Virus record (IMG/VR): IMGVR_UViG_3300021164_000915
Length of the DNA stretch: 64,000 nucleotides
Origin: an uncultured virus (IMG/VR IMGVR_UViG_3300021164_000915)
Lineage: Duplodnaviria > Heunggongvirae > Uroviricota > Caudoviricetes
Strand: one strand, 5' to 3'
The position numbers and the translations under genes were made by a program. Shown here piece after piece: positions 1-9,695 of the stretch. The notes beneath the pieces were generated by a model. That model was not told the origin of the DNA, ran no database searches, and saw only the letters and a list, made by a program, of their open reading frames with translations. How positions within the stretch are numbered: position 1 is the first letter of the stretch; each line of letters begins with the position of its first letter.

Positions 1-2
1 GA

Positions 3-158
3 GAAGATGTATATCAAGGAATTTATCAGGGAACTAGAAGGACTTCTAGTCTTGGAAATGTAGAAGTTTGTAGTGGATTGTCATTTATTGGATTTGGTGC
101 ATGTATTGCATCAAATAATAGAAGTTGTGGAGGATCGGGACCAGACGGTCCTTGTTAA
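3..158 (+). CDS. 3' end of a gene truncated by the window edge; Cys/Gly-rich C-terminus
   Basis: Hand translation: EDVYQGIYQGTRRTSSLGNVEVCSGLSFIGFGACIASNNRSCGGSGPDGPC*, with the stop 6 nt before the next ATG. Confidence 0.55.
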   Translation, partial: EDVYQGIYQGTRRTSSLGNVEVCSGLSFIGFGACIASNNRSCGGSGPDGPC

Positions 159-164
159 TAAAAT

Positions 165-443
165 ATGGAAGAAAAATATACGCATGAAAACTATCAGGAC
201 TGGATGCCTATGCCAGCCGAAAAGTTTATAGAAGAATATGATAAAAAAATAAGAGCAGTAAAACCTTGGGACCTTTTAAATCCAGAAGCATACACAACAG
301 AAAGCGTTGCTAATGAAAGACTAGAAATATGTAGGCAGTGTCCTGAATTTATAGCACTTACTAGCCAATGCAAAAAATGCGGATGCTTTATGGCTTTTAA
401 AACAAAGCTATCTGAAGCAACATGCCCATTAAATAAGTGGTAG
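165..443 (+). CDS. Small Cys-rich putative metal-binding protein (DUF6171-like)
   Basis: RLEICRQCP...QCKKCGCFM..KTKL..ATCPLNKW pattern. Confidence 0.65.
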   Translation: MEEKYTHENYQDWMPMPAEKFIEEYDKKIRAVKPWDLLNPEAYTTESVANERLEICRQCPEFIALTSQCKKCGCFMAFKTKLSEATCPLNKW

Positions 444-498
444 TTTTAGAAGTATTTACGGTATAATTAGTTTAGGCAACATCGCCAGGAGGACAATA

Positions 499-1053
499 GT
501 GGCAAGTACATTTCCAACAAGCAAAGATAACCTTTCAAACCCAGCAGCAACAGATGATTTATCTGGACATGCTGCTCAACATGCAAATGCAAATGATGCA
601 ATTGAAGCATTAGAAAATGTAGTAGGTGTAACAAACTCTGCAGATTCATCTACTTTGACTTACAAAGTAAATGAGCTTTCAACATCACTCAATACTCTTT
701 CAAACCAATCAGCCAACATTGAAACATTAATGGGTTTGGACGGAAACAACGATTTAACAATTTCAGGAATACAAAACAAGACTACTGTAGACTCATATAA
801 CTCAGCAGACTATCGGACAGCAACATATGCGCTACAGATTGTAAAAGCATCTACTGGCGAATCTTATTTTTCAAACATAACAGCTTTAAGAGGAGACTCA
901 GACATATATGTATCTGAATCCAATATAGTAACAAATGCCACTTCTTCAATAGCAACAACAGCTTTTGAATCAGCGGGTGGTATAATTAATCTAACAGTCA
1001 CCCCAGTATCAGGAGAAGTTACTGTAAGATATTTTAGAACAGCGTTAAAATAA
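499..1053 (+). CDS. Putative virion structural protein
   Basis: AGGAGG RBS before a GTG start; C-terminal beta-rich domain similar to the C-terminus of 1077-2684. Confidence 0.6.
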   Translation: MASTFPTSKDNLSNPAATDDLSGHAAQHANANDAIEALENVVGVTNSADSSTLTYKVNELSTSLNTLSNQSANIETLMGLDGNNDLTISGIQNKTTVDSYNSADYRTATYALQIVKASTGESYFSNITALRGDSDIYVSESNIVTNATSSIATTAFESAGGIINLTVTPVSGEVTVRYFRTALK

Positions 1054-1076
1054 AGCAGTAAGAGGAGTCATAAATT

Positions 1077-2684
1077 ATGGCAATAGTAAATAAGAACTTT
1101 AGAGTAAAGAATGGTCTTATCGTTGACGGTTCCGTCGCAACGGTAAATGGATTTAATGTATTAACAGAGGCATCAACAGCCTTCATCATCAGCACAGTTG
1201 GCGGATCAGCAGATACAGCCAATACTCCTAATACTGTAGTAAAGCGTGACGGCTCAGGAAACTTTGCAGCAGGCACAATTACAGCATCTATCGTTGGTAA
1301 TTTAACTGGTAACGTAACAGGAACAGTTTCAAGTCTTTCAAACCATGATACCGCCGATCTTGCAGAAGGATCAAATCTATATTTCACAAATGCTCGTGCA
1401 TTAGCAGCAACAGCTGCAGCATACGATGCAGCAGGTGCAGCATCAAGCGCACAAGCAAATGCAGCAACAGATGCTACAGCTAAGGTAGCCGCAGAAGCAA
1501 CAGCCCGTAGCTCAGCAATCGCATCAGCAATTGCAACAGAGGTTTCAGATCGAAATGCAGCAATTGCAACAGCAAAGACTGCAGCAGAAGCTACAGCATC
1601 AGCAGATGCTACATCTAAGGTAGCAGCAGAAGCAGCACTTAGAGTATCAGGCGACGCAGCTTCAGTATCAACTGCAGCAGCCGATGCAACATCAAAGGCT
1701 AACGCCGCTCAAGCAGCAGCAATCTCTGCAGCAGCAACAGATGCTACTACAAAGGCTAATGCAGCAAAGGCTGGAGCAGAAGCTACTGCAGCAGCAGCAT
1801 TATCATCTGCAATTAGCACAGAGGTTTCAAACCGTAATACAGCAATTGGAGCAGCAGTAGATTCATTAGTTGACGGTGCACCAGCACTTCTTAACACATT
1901 AAATGAATTAGCAGCAGCAATCAATGATGACGCTAATTACACAACAACTATTACAACTGCACTTGGTACAAAGGCTAACTCATCTGATGTAACATCAGCA
2001 ATTGCAACTGCAAAATCAGAAGCAGCAACAGACGCAACAGATAAAGTAGCAGCAGAAGCAGCACTTAGAGTATCAGGCGACGCAGCCTCAGTCTCAACTG
2101 CAGCAGCTGACGCAACTTCTAAGGCCAGCGCCGCTCAATCAGCAGCAATCTCTGCAGCAGCAACAGATGCTACATCTAAGGTGGCCGCAGAAGCAACTGC
2201 TAGAAACTCAGCAATTTCAACAGCAATCTCAGGTGAAGCAACAGCACGTACCTCAGCAATTGCAGCAGCTCAAGCAGCAGCGCAAGCAGCAGCCGAAGCT
2301 ACAGCAGCGGATGCCGTTGCAGATCTTAAGGACGGTACAACACCATTCACAGTAGTTAATGTAAATGATGTTGCAGCAGTACGAGCAGCAACCACAACAG
2401 TTTCTTCAGCTGGAACTGTAAATGCTTTGACATGGTCAGGATCTGACTACCGCACAGCTAAGGCACTTATTAAATTCAAGAATGGAGTAAACACTCAGGT
2501 TTCTGAAGTTCTCCTAACACTTGATACAAGCAATAACGTAGCAATAACAGAATTTGGTTCAATTACAACTGGAACCGACCTAGGAACAGTATCAGCGGCA
2601 TATGCTTCAGGTAGTGTTTCAATATCAGTAACAACAACCTACGCATCAACAGATGTAATGGTTTATGCAACACTAATTAAATAA
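1077..2684 (+). CDS. Ala-rich repeat fibre-like virion protein
   Basis: GAGGAG RBS; long repeats of the AAADATSKA type; phage-fibre motif APALLNTLNELAAAINDDANY. Confidence 0.7.
   Translation: MAIVNKNFRVKNGLIVDGSVATVNGFNVLTEASTAFIISTVGGSADTANTPNTVVKRDGSGNFAAGTITASIVGNLTGNVTGTVSSLSNHDTADLAEGSNLYFTNARALAATAAAYDAAGAASSAQANAATDATAKVAAEATARSSAIASAIATEVSDRNAAIATAKTAAEATASADATSKVAAEAALRVSGDAASVSTAAADATSKANAAQAAAISAAATDATTKANAAKAGAEATAAAALSSAISTEVSNRNTAIGAAVDSLVDGAPALLNTLNELAAAINDDANYTTTITTALGTKANSSDVTSAIATAKSEAATDATDKVAAEAALRVSGDAASVSTAAADATSKASAAQSAAISAAATDATSKVAAEATARNSAISTAISGEATARTSAIAAAQAAAQAAAEATAADAVADLKDGTTPFTVVNVNDVAAVRAATTTVSSAGTVNALTWSGSDYRTAKALIKFKNGVNTQVSEVLLTLDTSNNVAITEFGSITTGTDLGTVSAAYASGSVSISVTTTYASTDVMVYATLIK
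1620..2173 (+). repeat. About 127-nt imperfect direct repeat (about 1620-1747 and about 2046-2173) inside the fibre gene
   Basis: Both copies encode KVAAEAALRVSGDAASVSTAAADATSKA..AQ.AAISAAATDAT with near-identical DNA. Confidence 0.85.
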
Positions 2685-2748
2685 TTAATAAAAGGTATGG
2701 GGTCCTTCCAAAACCCCACCAAAACAATTAGGGGATATGTGAACTTAA

Positions 2749-3120
2749 ATGGCAATAGTAAATAAAAACTTCAAGGTTAAAAATGGCCTTAACGTAGCAG
2801 GACCTGCAACATTTGATGCAGCAGTAAATGTAGACAACTTAGTCTTAAATTCAACCCCCCTTGCCTTCGACTCATCAACTGGAAGATTAAAGATCCAGAT
2901 TAATGGTGCTTGGAAGGAAATTGCCCTCTTAACAGATGCGGCAGAAGATGCAGGCGCTTTAACATTTATGGATATTGGATTGGCCATGGACTATAACGGT
3001 CAGCCAATCTATACAGTTTATGCAAACGGAGTAAATACAACAGCCACAAAATTTGCGGATGGTGGAGATTACTCAACAGAGATCTACAGCATGACCTTTG
3101 ATTCTGGAACAATTAACTAA
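2749..3120 (+). CDS. Hypothetical virion protein
   Basis: Shares the N-terminus MAIVNKNF[RK]VKNGL with 1077-2684. Confidence 0.6.
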   Translation: MAIVNKNFKVKNGLNVAGPATFDAAVNVDNLVLNSTPLAFDSSTGRLKIQINGAWKEIALLTDAAEDAGALTFMDIGLAMDYNGQPIYTVYANGVNTTATKFADGGDYSTEIYSMTFDSGTIN

Positions 3121-3181
3121 TTGTTTTGGAATTATTCTAGTGCTATAATTACAAAATAAGTCTAAATAAGGGGTGGCAAAT

Positions 3182-5731
3182 ATGTCAACAGTAAGAATTC
3201 AAGTAAGAAGAGGCACAGCTTCACAGTGGACCTCAGTAAATCCAATTTTGGCAGCAGGAGAAATGGGTGTTGAGTCAGACTCAAACCTATTTAAATTCGG
3301 TAACGGGTCTTCTACATGGACTGCCCTTTCATATGCAAACAATTCAGATGTAGCGATTGGTGAAATATCCCAAGACGCAGTAAATCAGGCCCTCGCAGTA
3401 GGCGCAGGACTTACAAAGACATATAACGATGGTGCTAATACAATAACCGTCGCAGTAGATTCATCATACTTTAATGAGCTTGCACAGGATGCCGTCAACA
3501 CAGCAATTCAGGCTGGCGTAGGAATCACAAGAGTATACAACGATGATTCAAACACAATAACACTTACAGCAGACGATTCAGTCTTAGCAACAAAAGCATA
3601 TGTTGCTTCTCAGAACACTCAACTTGTCAATACAGCAGATTCAACTTATCTAGCCGCTGCAGACCTTGGAGTTGCAAATGGAGTAGCTTCATTAAACTCT
3701 TCTGGAAAAGTTCCTACAACTCAGCTAGACCTCACATCCCCAGTTAAAACTATTGTTGCAAGTACTTTAGTTGGTGGAAGAGGTTCAAATGTAACACATG
3801 ATGCTCAAGCTGGAACACTTACTTTATCTGCACCAATCACAGGTACAGGATCAGTTACAATAGCAAATAATTCTGGAGATAACGGAATGACTGTTGGTCT
3901 GACAGCAATAGTAGATGCAACTACAAAATTAAGAACTCCATTAGTTGAGACAACCGCAGTAAATACTACCACTTTAGACGCTGCAACAGGAACAATTGGA
4001 GCCTTGACTGTTTCAGGTAACCTAACAGTTAATGGAACCTCTACAACAGTAAATTCTACAAACGTTTCAATTGATGATCCAATGATTTATCTTGGTGACG
4101 GAAATCAGTCTAACGTACTAGACCTAGGTGTAGTTGCAGCATTTAATAATGGAACTTACCAGCATGCAGGACTTGTTCGTGATGCATCAGATGGAACCTG
4201 GAAGCTTTTCTCTGGAGTAACGGCAGAACCAGGAACAACAGTAGATTTTACTACTTATACAAAAGATGATCTTGAGCTTGGAAACTTGTTTGCAAATGCA
4301 GCACAAATTGGAAATGTAACCAACGCAGAACTACAGCGCCTAGATGGAGTTTCATCTCCAATACAGGCTCAAATTGATGCAAAGATATCAACAGCAAATG
4401 CAGCATCAACATATGCTCCAAAGCTTTCTCCAACACTTAGTGATGTAACATTGACAGGAACAATAACAGTGCCTGCAAGCTCAATAGATGGCGATTCAAT
4501 TCAGCCTTTAACAATTACTAATGGAAAAATTAGTGCAACAGCAGAGATTGCACAAAGCAAGATTGCTGGCTTACCAGCAGCAATTGCTGCAAAAGCAAAC
4601 ATTGAATCACCTCAATTTACAGGTACAGTAGTTCTTCCAAGCACAACATCAATAGGAACAGTAAGTGCTACAGAAATTGGATACCTAGATTCAGTAACAT
4701 CAAACATTCAGTCACAGATTAATGCAGCAGTTTCACAAACAGCCAGCAATTACACAGACCTTAATGGATTTATAAATACAAATAAGGCATCAGCAGATGC
4801 ATCAATTGCATCAATTAACACTGCAAATGGTGTACAGGATACAGCAATTGCTACTAAGGCAACAATTGAGTCCCCAACATTTACAGGCACAGTAACTGTT
4901 CCAACACTAGCAGTAACAGGATCAGCTTCAGGTATTACAAAGACACATGTTGGTTTAGCAAATGTTGATAACACAGCAGATGCAGACAAGCCAGTTTCTG
5001 CAGCAGCACAGACAGCATTAGATGCTAAATTAGCAGTAGCAACTGCTGCATCAACATATGCTCCGATTGCTTCTCCTACATTTACTGGAACAGTATCTGG
5101 TGTAACTAAGGCTCACGTAGGTCTTGCAAATGTTGACAACACATCAGATGCCTCAAAGCCAGTATCTACAGCACAGGCTACAGCAATTGCTACAGCTAAG
5201 TCAGAAGCAATTGCAGATGCAACATCACAAGTAAATGCACTACTAACAGGTGCACCAGCAGCACTAAATACACTTGATGAGCTTGCAGCAGCACTTGGTG
5301 ATGACGCAAACTTTGCATCAACCGTTACAACATCACTTGGAACAAAAGCACCACTTGCTTCACCAACATTTACTGGAACAGTAACAGTCGGAGCAGCAGG
5401 AATTGTATTCTCTGATGGAACTCAGACACGGGCAGGTGTTCCTTCAATAACAACATTTGCAACACCATTTGCAATACCAGGAACACTTGCAGCAGGAGAA
5501 CAAGACAAGTTTGTGCCAGTATCAGGAACAGTACAAATTACTCTTCCTGCAACAGGATATTCAACTGGTCAATCAATTGATTTCTGGCAGCAAACTGGAA
5601 CTGGCGCATCATTTGCAGCAACAAATGGTGTAGTTGGTACCCCTGGATTAAAATTCAGAACAACAAATTCAGTTGTAACAGCACTAAAAATTTCAAGCGG
5701 ATGGTTGGTCTTCGGAGACCTATCAGCGTAA
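3182..5731 (+). CDS. Tail fibre-like protein with Mtd/hyaluronidase-type N-terminal domain
   Basis: IQVRRGTASQWTSVNPILAAGEMGVESD..FKFGNG N-terminus; SPTFTGTV and VGLANVDNT fibre repeats; ATG 3182 preferred over GTG 3173. Confidence 0.75.
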   Translation: MSTVRIQVRRGTASQWTSVNPILAAGEMGVESDSNLFKFGNGSSTWTALSYANNSDVAIGEISQDAVNQALAVGAGLTKTYNDGANTITVAVDSSYFNELAQDAVNTAIQAGVGITRVYNDDSNTITLTADDSVLATKAYVASQNTQLVNTADSTYLAAADLGVANGVASLNSSGKVPTTQLDLTSPVKTIVASTLVGGRGSNVTHDAQAGTLTLSAPITGTGSVTIANNSGDNGMTVGLTAIVDATTKLRTPLVETTAVNTTTLDAATGTIGALTVSGNLTVNGTSTTVNSTNVSIDDPMIYLGDGNQSNVLDLGVVAAFNNGTYQHAGLVRDASDGTWKLFSGVTAEPGTTVDFTTYTKDDLELGNLFANAAQIGNVTNAELQRLDGVSSPIQAQIDAKISTANAASTYAPKLSPTLSDVTLTGTITVPASSIDGDSIQPLTITNGKISATAEIAQSKIAGLPAAIAAKANIESPQFTGTVVLPSTTSIGTVSATEIGYLDSVTSNIQSQINAAVSQTASNYTDLNGFINTNKASADASIASINTANGVQDTAIATKATIESPTFTGTVTVPTLAVTGSASGITKTHVGLANVDNTADADKPVSAAAQTALDAKLAVATAASTYAPIASPTFTGTVSGVTKAHVGLANVDNTSDASKPVSTAQATAIATAKSEAIADATSQVNALLTGAPAALNTLDELAAALGDDANFASTVTTSLGTKAPLASPTFTGTVTVGAAGIVFSDGTQTRAGVPSITTFATPFAIPGTLAAGEQDKFVPVSGTVQITLPATGYSTGQSIDFWQQTGTGASFAATNGVVGTPGLKFRTTNSVVTALKISSGWLVFGDLSA

Positions 5732-5754
5732 TAGGATCAAGGGAGAATATATAA

Positions 5755-7023
5755 ATGTCAAAACAATCAGGTAGAATGAGCCAGTCGTCAAACGACTTCC
5801 TGGCCCCATATGCTCCAACAATTGGTACAGCAACAAATGTTGGCTCAGGTAGAGCATTTAACAATGGTCGTGCAGATGTAACTTTTACTCCAGATGCTAG
5901 AAATGCTGCAGTTTCATTTACTGTCACTTCTTCCCCAGGAAACTTTGTTGGAACTGGAGCATCGTCTCCAGTTTCAGTTACAGGCCTTCAGTCAGGAATT
6001 GCTTATACATTTACTGTAACAGCAACAAATGAATATGGAACTTCAGCAGCGTCAGCTGCGTCAAATTCAGTTACAGCAACTACAAAGCCAGCAACACCAG
6101 CTGCTCCAACTGCAACCGCTCAAACAAATCAAGATGCTGTTAGCTGGACAACTCCTTCTGACGGCGGCTCAGCAATAACTGGATACGTTCTAACATCTTC
6201 AGACGGACCAACATATTCAACTGCTGCAACAAGCTACACTGTACCAGAGACAGCAAATACAGCCCAGACATATAGAATTCAGGCAGTAAATGCAAACGGA
6301 ACTTCAGAATATTCTGCTAACTCTAATTCAGTAACAACATTGGCACCGTTCTTCCCGCCGTTCTTTCCACCAAGCTTCTTCGCCCCACCAGGGTTCTTTG
6401 CCCCACCAGGGTTCTTTGCCCCACCAAGCTTCTTCGCACCACCAGGGTTCTTTGCCCCACCAGGGTTCTTTGCCCCACCAGGGTTCTTTGCCCCACCAAG
6501 CTTCTTTTCACCACCAAGATTCCGTGCTTGTATAGACCAAGACACACTGATATCAGTACTAGATGGGGAAAACATAGTCTACATCCCAGCAAAAGATATT
6601 AAAATTGGTGATATAGTTGCTGGAGTTAAATGGGATGAACTTACATCTGAAATTGATGAAGATCCTTCTGTTTGGTCATCAAAGTCAATAACAGAAATGA
6701 CTGTAGTTCCAACAACAATTACAAATATTATTCCTTCAGTAAAAGACATAACAATGTACTTTAATGGTGACATGTCAAAGAGATTCTCTCTAGAACACAC
6801 AGTGCTTGTAAAGAGAAATGATATCTACATGTTTATCACAACAGGAACAGTTGAAGTAGGAGATATCATCTTACAAAGAGTTGAAAACCAAGGGTTTACT
6901 GAAATACCAGTTGAATCTATAAATACTATTGATGAAACCAGAGACGTCTACCAGCTAGACGCTTCACCAGTAGATGTCTTAATTGCAGGAGACATTGTAG
7001 TACACAACCTAAAGATGTACTAA
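5755..7023 (+). CDS. FN3-like protein with Pro/Phe tandem repeat and C-terminal Hint (intein-like) domain
   Basis: Two FN3-like segments (YTFTVTATNEYG; WTTPSDGGSAITGY..YRIQAVNANG), a PPxFFA repeat, then C-I-D-Q-D-T ... SLEH ... VYQL ... IVVHN. Confidence 0.8.
   Translation: MSKQSGRMSQSSNDFLAPYAPTIGTATNVGSGRAFNNGRADVTFTPDARNAAVSFTVTSSPGNFVGTGASSPVSVTGLQSGIAYTFTVTATNEYGTSAASAASNSVTATTKPATPAAPTATAQTNQDAVSWTTPSDGGSAITGYVLTSSDGPTYSTAATSYTVPETANTAQTYRIQAVNANGTSEYSANSNSVTTLAPFFPPFFPPSFFAPPGFFAPPGFFAPPSFFAPPGFFAPPGFFAPPGFFAPPSFFSPPRFRACIDQDTLISVLDGENIVYIPAKDIKIGDIVAGVKWDELTSEIDEDPSVWSSKSITEMTVVPTTITNIIPSVKDITMYFNGDMSKRFSLEHTVLVKRNDIYMFITTGTVEVGDIILQRVENQGFTEIPVESINTIDETRDVYQLDASPVDVLIAGDIVVHNLKMY
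6367..6510 (+). repeat. 8 x 18-nt coding tandem repeat encoding PP[G/S]FF[A/S]
   Basis: Unit CCACCAGGGTTCTTTGCC and variants, preceded by APFFPPFF and followed by PPRF. Confidence 0.95.
6529..7008 (+). other. Hint / bacterial-intein-like autoprocessing domain (160 aa)
   Basis: Cys1 codon at 6529, block-B-like SLEH, block-F-like VYQL, terminal HN at 7003-7008; +1 residue is Leu; no endonuclease insert. Confidence 0.8.
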
Positions 7024-7730
7024 TGTCTATATATCACCTTCATATACCCAGAACATCTGGAGTATACATAAGGAACAATATGGTCCCAGATCTTATTGCT
7101 AAAGATATCCCGCACTTTGCGTCAAATCGAACACGAATTGACATAGAGCATATTAAAAAAAGCAAGTTTGTTATAGGACACTTTGGGAGAATGCCATTGA
7201 AATATATGGACTCTCCCAAAGTTTTCTGTTTACTCAGAGACCCAGTAGAAAGATATGTTAGCTATTTTAAATATAATACTGGCTATATAACATCAAAAGA
7301 GTCGGCGGAAAACAACTTAGATCAATGGCTATATAAAGAGCAGTCAGAAATACAAGGCAACCTACAGTCTAAATTTTTAACTGGCTCAACAGATGTAAAT
7401 CTTTTTAATAGTTATATAGGAGTAAGCTCAGAATCATATATAGACAATATATGGCACCTAGAAGACTACTCTCTAGACATTGATAAGATTAAAGAATCTA
7501 TAGCAGGTATCAATATATATACAATGGAAAACTATGATAAGTTTAAGTTTGATTTTAACGAAGAAGTTAAAAAACAATTTGGAATAAATGCGTTTAAGTA
7601 CTCAGATAAATCCAACCAGTCCCCATCAGTTAAAGTAGAAATTAACGAATCCCATTTAAAAAGAATTAAAGAGTTAAATGAAGTAGATTGTGAGATATAC
7701 GAATATGTACGAAAGACTGAAAAAAAATAG
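7023..7730 (+). CDS. Sulfotransferase-family-like protein
   Basis: HLHIPRTSG (5'-PSB-like; R in place of the usual K) and LLRDPVERYVSYF (3'-PB-like); TAATG overlap with the upstream gene. Confidence 0.7.
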   Translation: MSIYHLHIPRTSGVYIRNNMVPDLIAKDIPHFASNRTRIDIEHIKKSKFVIGHFGRMPLKYMDSPKVFCLLRDPVERYVSYFKYNTGYITSKESAENNLDQWLYKEQSEIQGNLQSKFLTGSTDVNLFNSYIGVSSESYIDNIWHLEDYSLDIDKIKESIAGINIYTMENYDKFKFDFNEEVKKQFGINAFKYSDKSNQSPSVKVEINESHLKRIKELNEVDCEIYEYVRKTEKK

Positions 7731-8298
7731 CGAGTGGTCTATTTTAAAATTAGGCGATTTTAACATAGACAATATAAAAAAAGAAGTATCCTCTTTTGAG
7801 GAAGAGTGGTATTCCTACACAAAAAGACAGGAAACTTTTTATACCCACAAAGACACAAAAATGTTCCCGATATGCTTAACGGATGAAGCTATCTGGAAAC
7901 CTGGGGATGTGGTAGAAGTAACCCAGCATAATAAGTTTATTAATGATCAGGCAAACATAGAAATAGATATAATTTTTGAAAAGCTTGCTGCTTATTATTC
8001 TGGTAAAATAATAAGATGCGAAGTGGTAAACCTGCCAGCCAATGTAACTATCAGGCCACATGTTGACGGAGGGCCTCTGCTACATTACTCAAGAAGAGTT
8101 CATGTACCAATAATTACAAATAAAGATGTTACATTTACAGTAATGGATAATACTATAAATATGGAACAAGGCGGGTGGTATGAAATTAATAACCAAATGA
8201 AGCATGCAGCTAGCAATAATAGCACAGTAGACAGAGTCCATTTAATTATTGACATCATGCCAGACGATATGTTACACTATAACAAGACAGGAGCGTAA
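7705..8298 (+). CDS. Aspartyl/asparaginyl beta-hydroxylase-like 2OG-Fe(II) dioxygenase
   Basis: IRPHVD..RRVHVPIITN..YEINNQMKH...N...DRVHLIID. Confidence 0.8.
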   Translation: MYERLKKNSEWSILKLGDFNIDNIKKEVSSFEEEWYSYTKRQETFYTHKDTKMFPICLTDEAIWKPGDVVEVTQHNKFINDQANIEIDIIFEKLAAYYSGKIIRCEVVNLPANVTIRPHVDGGPLLHYSRRVHVPIITNKDVTFTVMDNTINMEQGGWYEINNQMKHAASNNSTVDRVHLIIDIMPDDMLHYNKTGA

Positions 8299-8985
8299 AT
8301 GATTACAGATATAAAACCAAACTGGTCATCAAAAGAAATGCTATTTCCAGGACTATGGGTATACAGAAATGTAATGCCACAATCTATAATGGACAGAACA
8401 AAAGATTTCATTGAAGCCAATAATGACTCATACAAATGGGCAGACGCAACAGTAGGATATTCTGAAGCAAAGCTAGACTACAGAAACTGCCAAGATTTTA
8501 AAATTGGAGAAATCAAAAGTCCAAAGAATATAGAAGAATTTGCATTGTCAGAAATATGGGAGTCTGCGTATGCAGCTCAGATCCCATCAGTTGAAGATTA
8601 TTGCGGCAAGTATAATGTTAGAATGAATTACTGGGAAGTTATGAACTTTATTCAATACGGCCCTGGACAACACTTTAAAGAACACGCAGATCATGGTTTT
8701 TCATATAGTGCCACAGTCTCATTAGTAGCATATCCAAATGACGATTATCTTGGCGGAGAATTAACTTTTCCAAAGCTAGATATCTCGATTAAGCCACAAG
8801 CTGGAGATCTTTATATATTCCCTTCTACATATCTGTTTTCTCACGTAGCCGAGCCAGTAACAGAAGGAAGAAAATATTCAATTGTAACAATGCTAGACTA
8901 TAACGATCATGCCCACTGCCAAGAGTTTATGCAGATGAGGGCAGAAAGAGTTGAACGTGAAAAACATAAAGGTATACAAAACTAG
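8299..8985 (+). CDS. 2OG-Fe(II) oxygenase (prolyl-4-hydroxylase-like)
   Basis: YGPGQHFKEHAD..NDDYLGGELTF..IFPS..H..PVTEGRKY. Confidence 0.85.
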   Translation: MITDIKPNWSSKEMLFPGLWVYRNVMPQSIMDRTKDFIEANNDSYKWADATVGYSEAKLDYRNCQDFKIGEIKSPKNIEEFALSEIWESAYAAQIPSVEDYCGKYNVRMNYWEVMNFIQYGPGQHFKEHADHGFSYSATVSLVAYPNDDYLGGELTFPKLDISIKPQAGDLYIFPSTYLFSHVAEPVTEGRKYSIVTMLDYNDHAHCQEFMQMRAERVEREKHKGIQN

Positions 8986-9655
8986 AGAAGGGTACGCTCA
9001 AGTATCCCCATTAAATGCAAAAAGATCTTGGATGGACGAGACCTATGAATCTCACGCATACAAATGCTTTCCAGTTGGATTAACTAATCAATTAGGATGG
9101 GGTATATCTTTTCCTGAAGACATTACTTTTGTTTGGGATGGAATTTCTGACTCTACCCCGAATCATGTTAAAGTTATTTCTGGCGAAAAATATGTTTACA
9201 CAGGTAGAGCAAACGCAACAATTAGTTTTAATACTGGCCTAATGTTTGTAACTGAAAAAAATCAGACACTACTCTCAATGCCAGTCCCAAATCAGTTTAT
9301 AGATGGGGCTGTTCCATTTACAACGCTTATATCGACATCATTTTTTAGGGGAGACCTACCAGTGGCTTGGAGAATAACCAGGCCAAATGTAGAAATAACA
9401 ATAAAAGCAAATACCCCTATCATATCTATAATCCCAATAGATTTGGAAGATATGCAAAATTCAGAAATGTTTCTGTCTCCAATAAATGAAATAAATAAGC
9501 TAGAGTTTTTAGATGAAGCCTACGCAGAAGCAGTAGGGGCTGCAAATGCAGCTGGCAACTGGTCTAATTTTTATAGAGATGCCACAGACCATAAAGGTAA
9601 AAAAATGGGAGAGCATCAAGTAAAGGCAATCAGATTAAAGGGTGGCTCCGAGTAA
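8951..9655 (+). CDS. DUF6065-like protein
   Basis: RSWMD..HAYKCFPVGLTNQLGW motif; paralog at 58622; start may be GTG 8957. Confidence 0.65.
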   Translation: MNVKNIKVYKTREGYAQVSPLNAKRSWMDETYESHAYKCFPVGLTNQLGWGISFPEDITFVWDGISDSTPNHVKVISGEKYVYTGRANATISFNTGLMFVTEKNQTLLSMPVPNQFIDGAVPFTTLISTSFFRGDLPVAWRITRPNVEITIKANTPIISIIPIDLEDMQNSEMFLSPINEINKLEFLDEAYAEAVGAANAAGNWSNFYRDATDHKGKKMGEHQVKAIRLKGGSE

Positions 9656-9695
9656 ATGATTAATGGTAGAATATATATTATAGGGAATAGGTAAA

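Noticed and set aside
2693..2720. Terminator or structured RNA between fibre genes
   Set aside because: A GGGGT/ACCCC hairpin is present but lacks a U-tract and is too short to call; function unsupported
3182..5731. Diversity-generating retroelement suggested by the Mtd-like N-terminus
   Set aside because: No reverse transcriptase and no template/variable repeat pair with adenine-specific differences seen in the window
6367..6510. CRISPR array or mini-array
   Set aside because: Units are contiguous 18-mers without unique spacers and keep the reading frame of a protein
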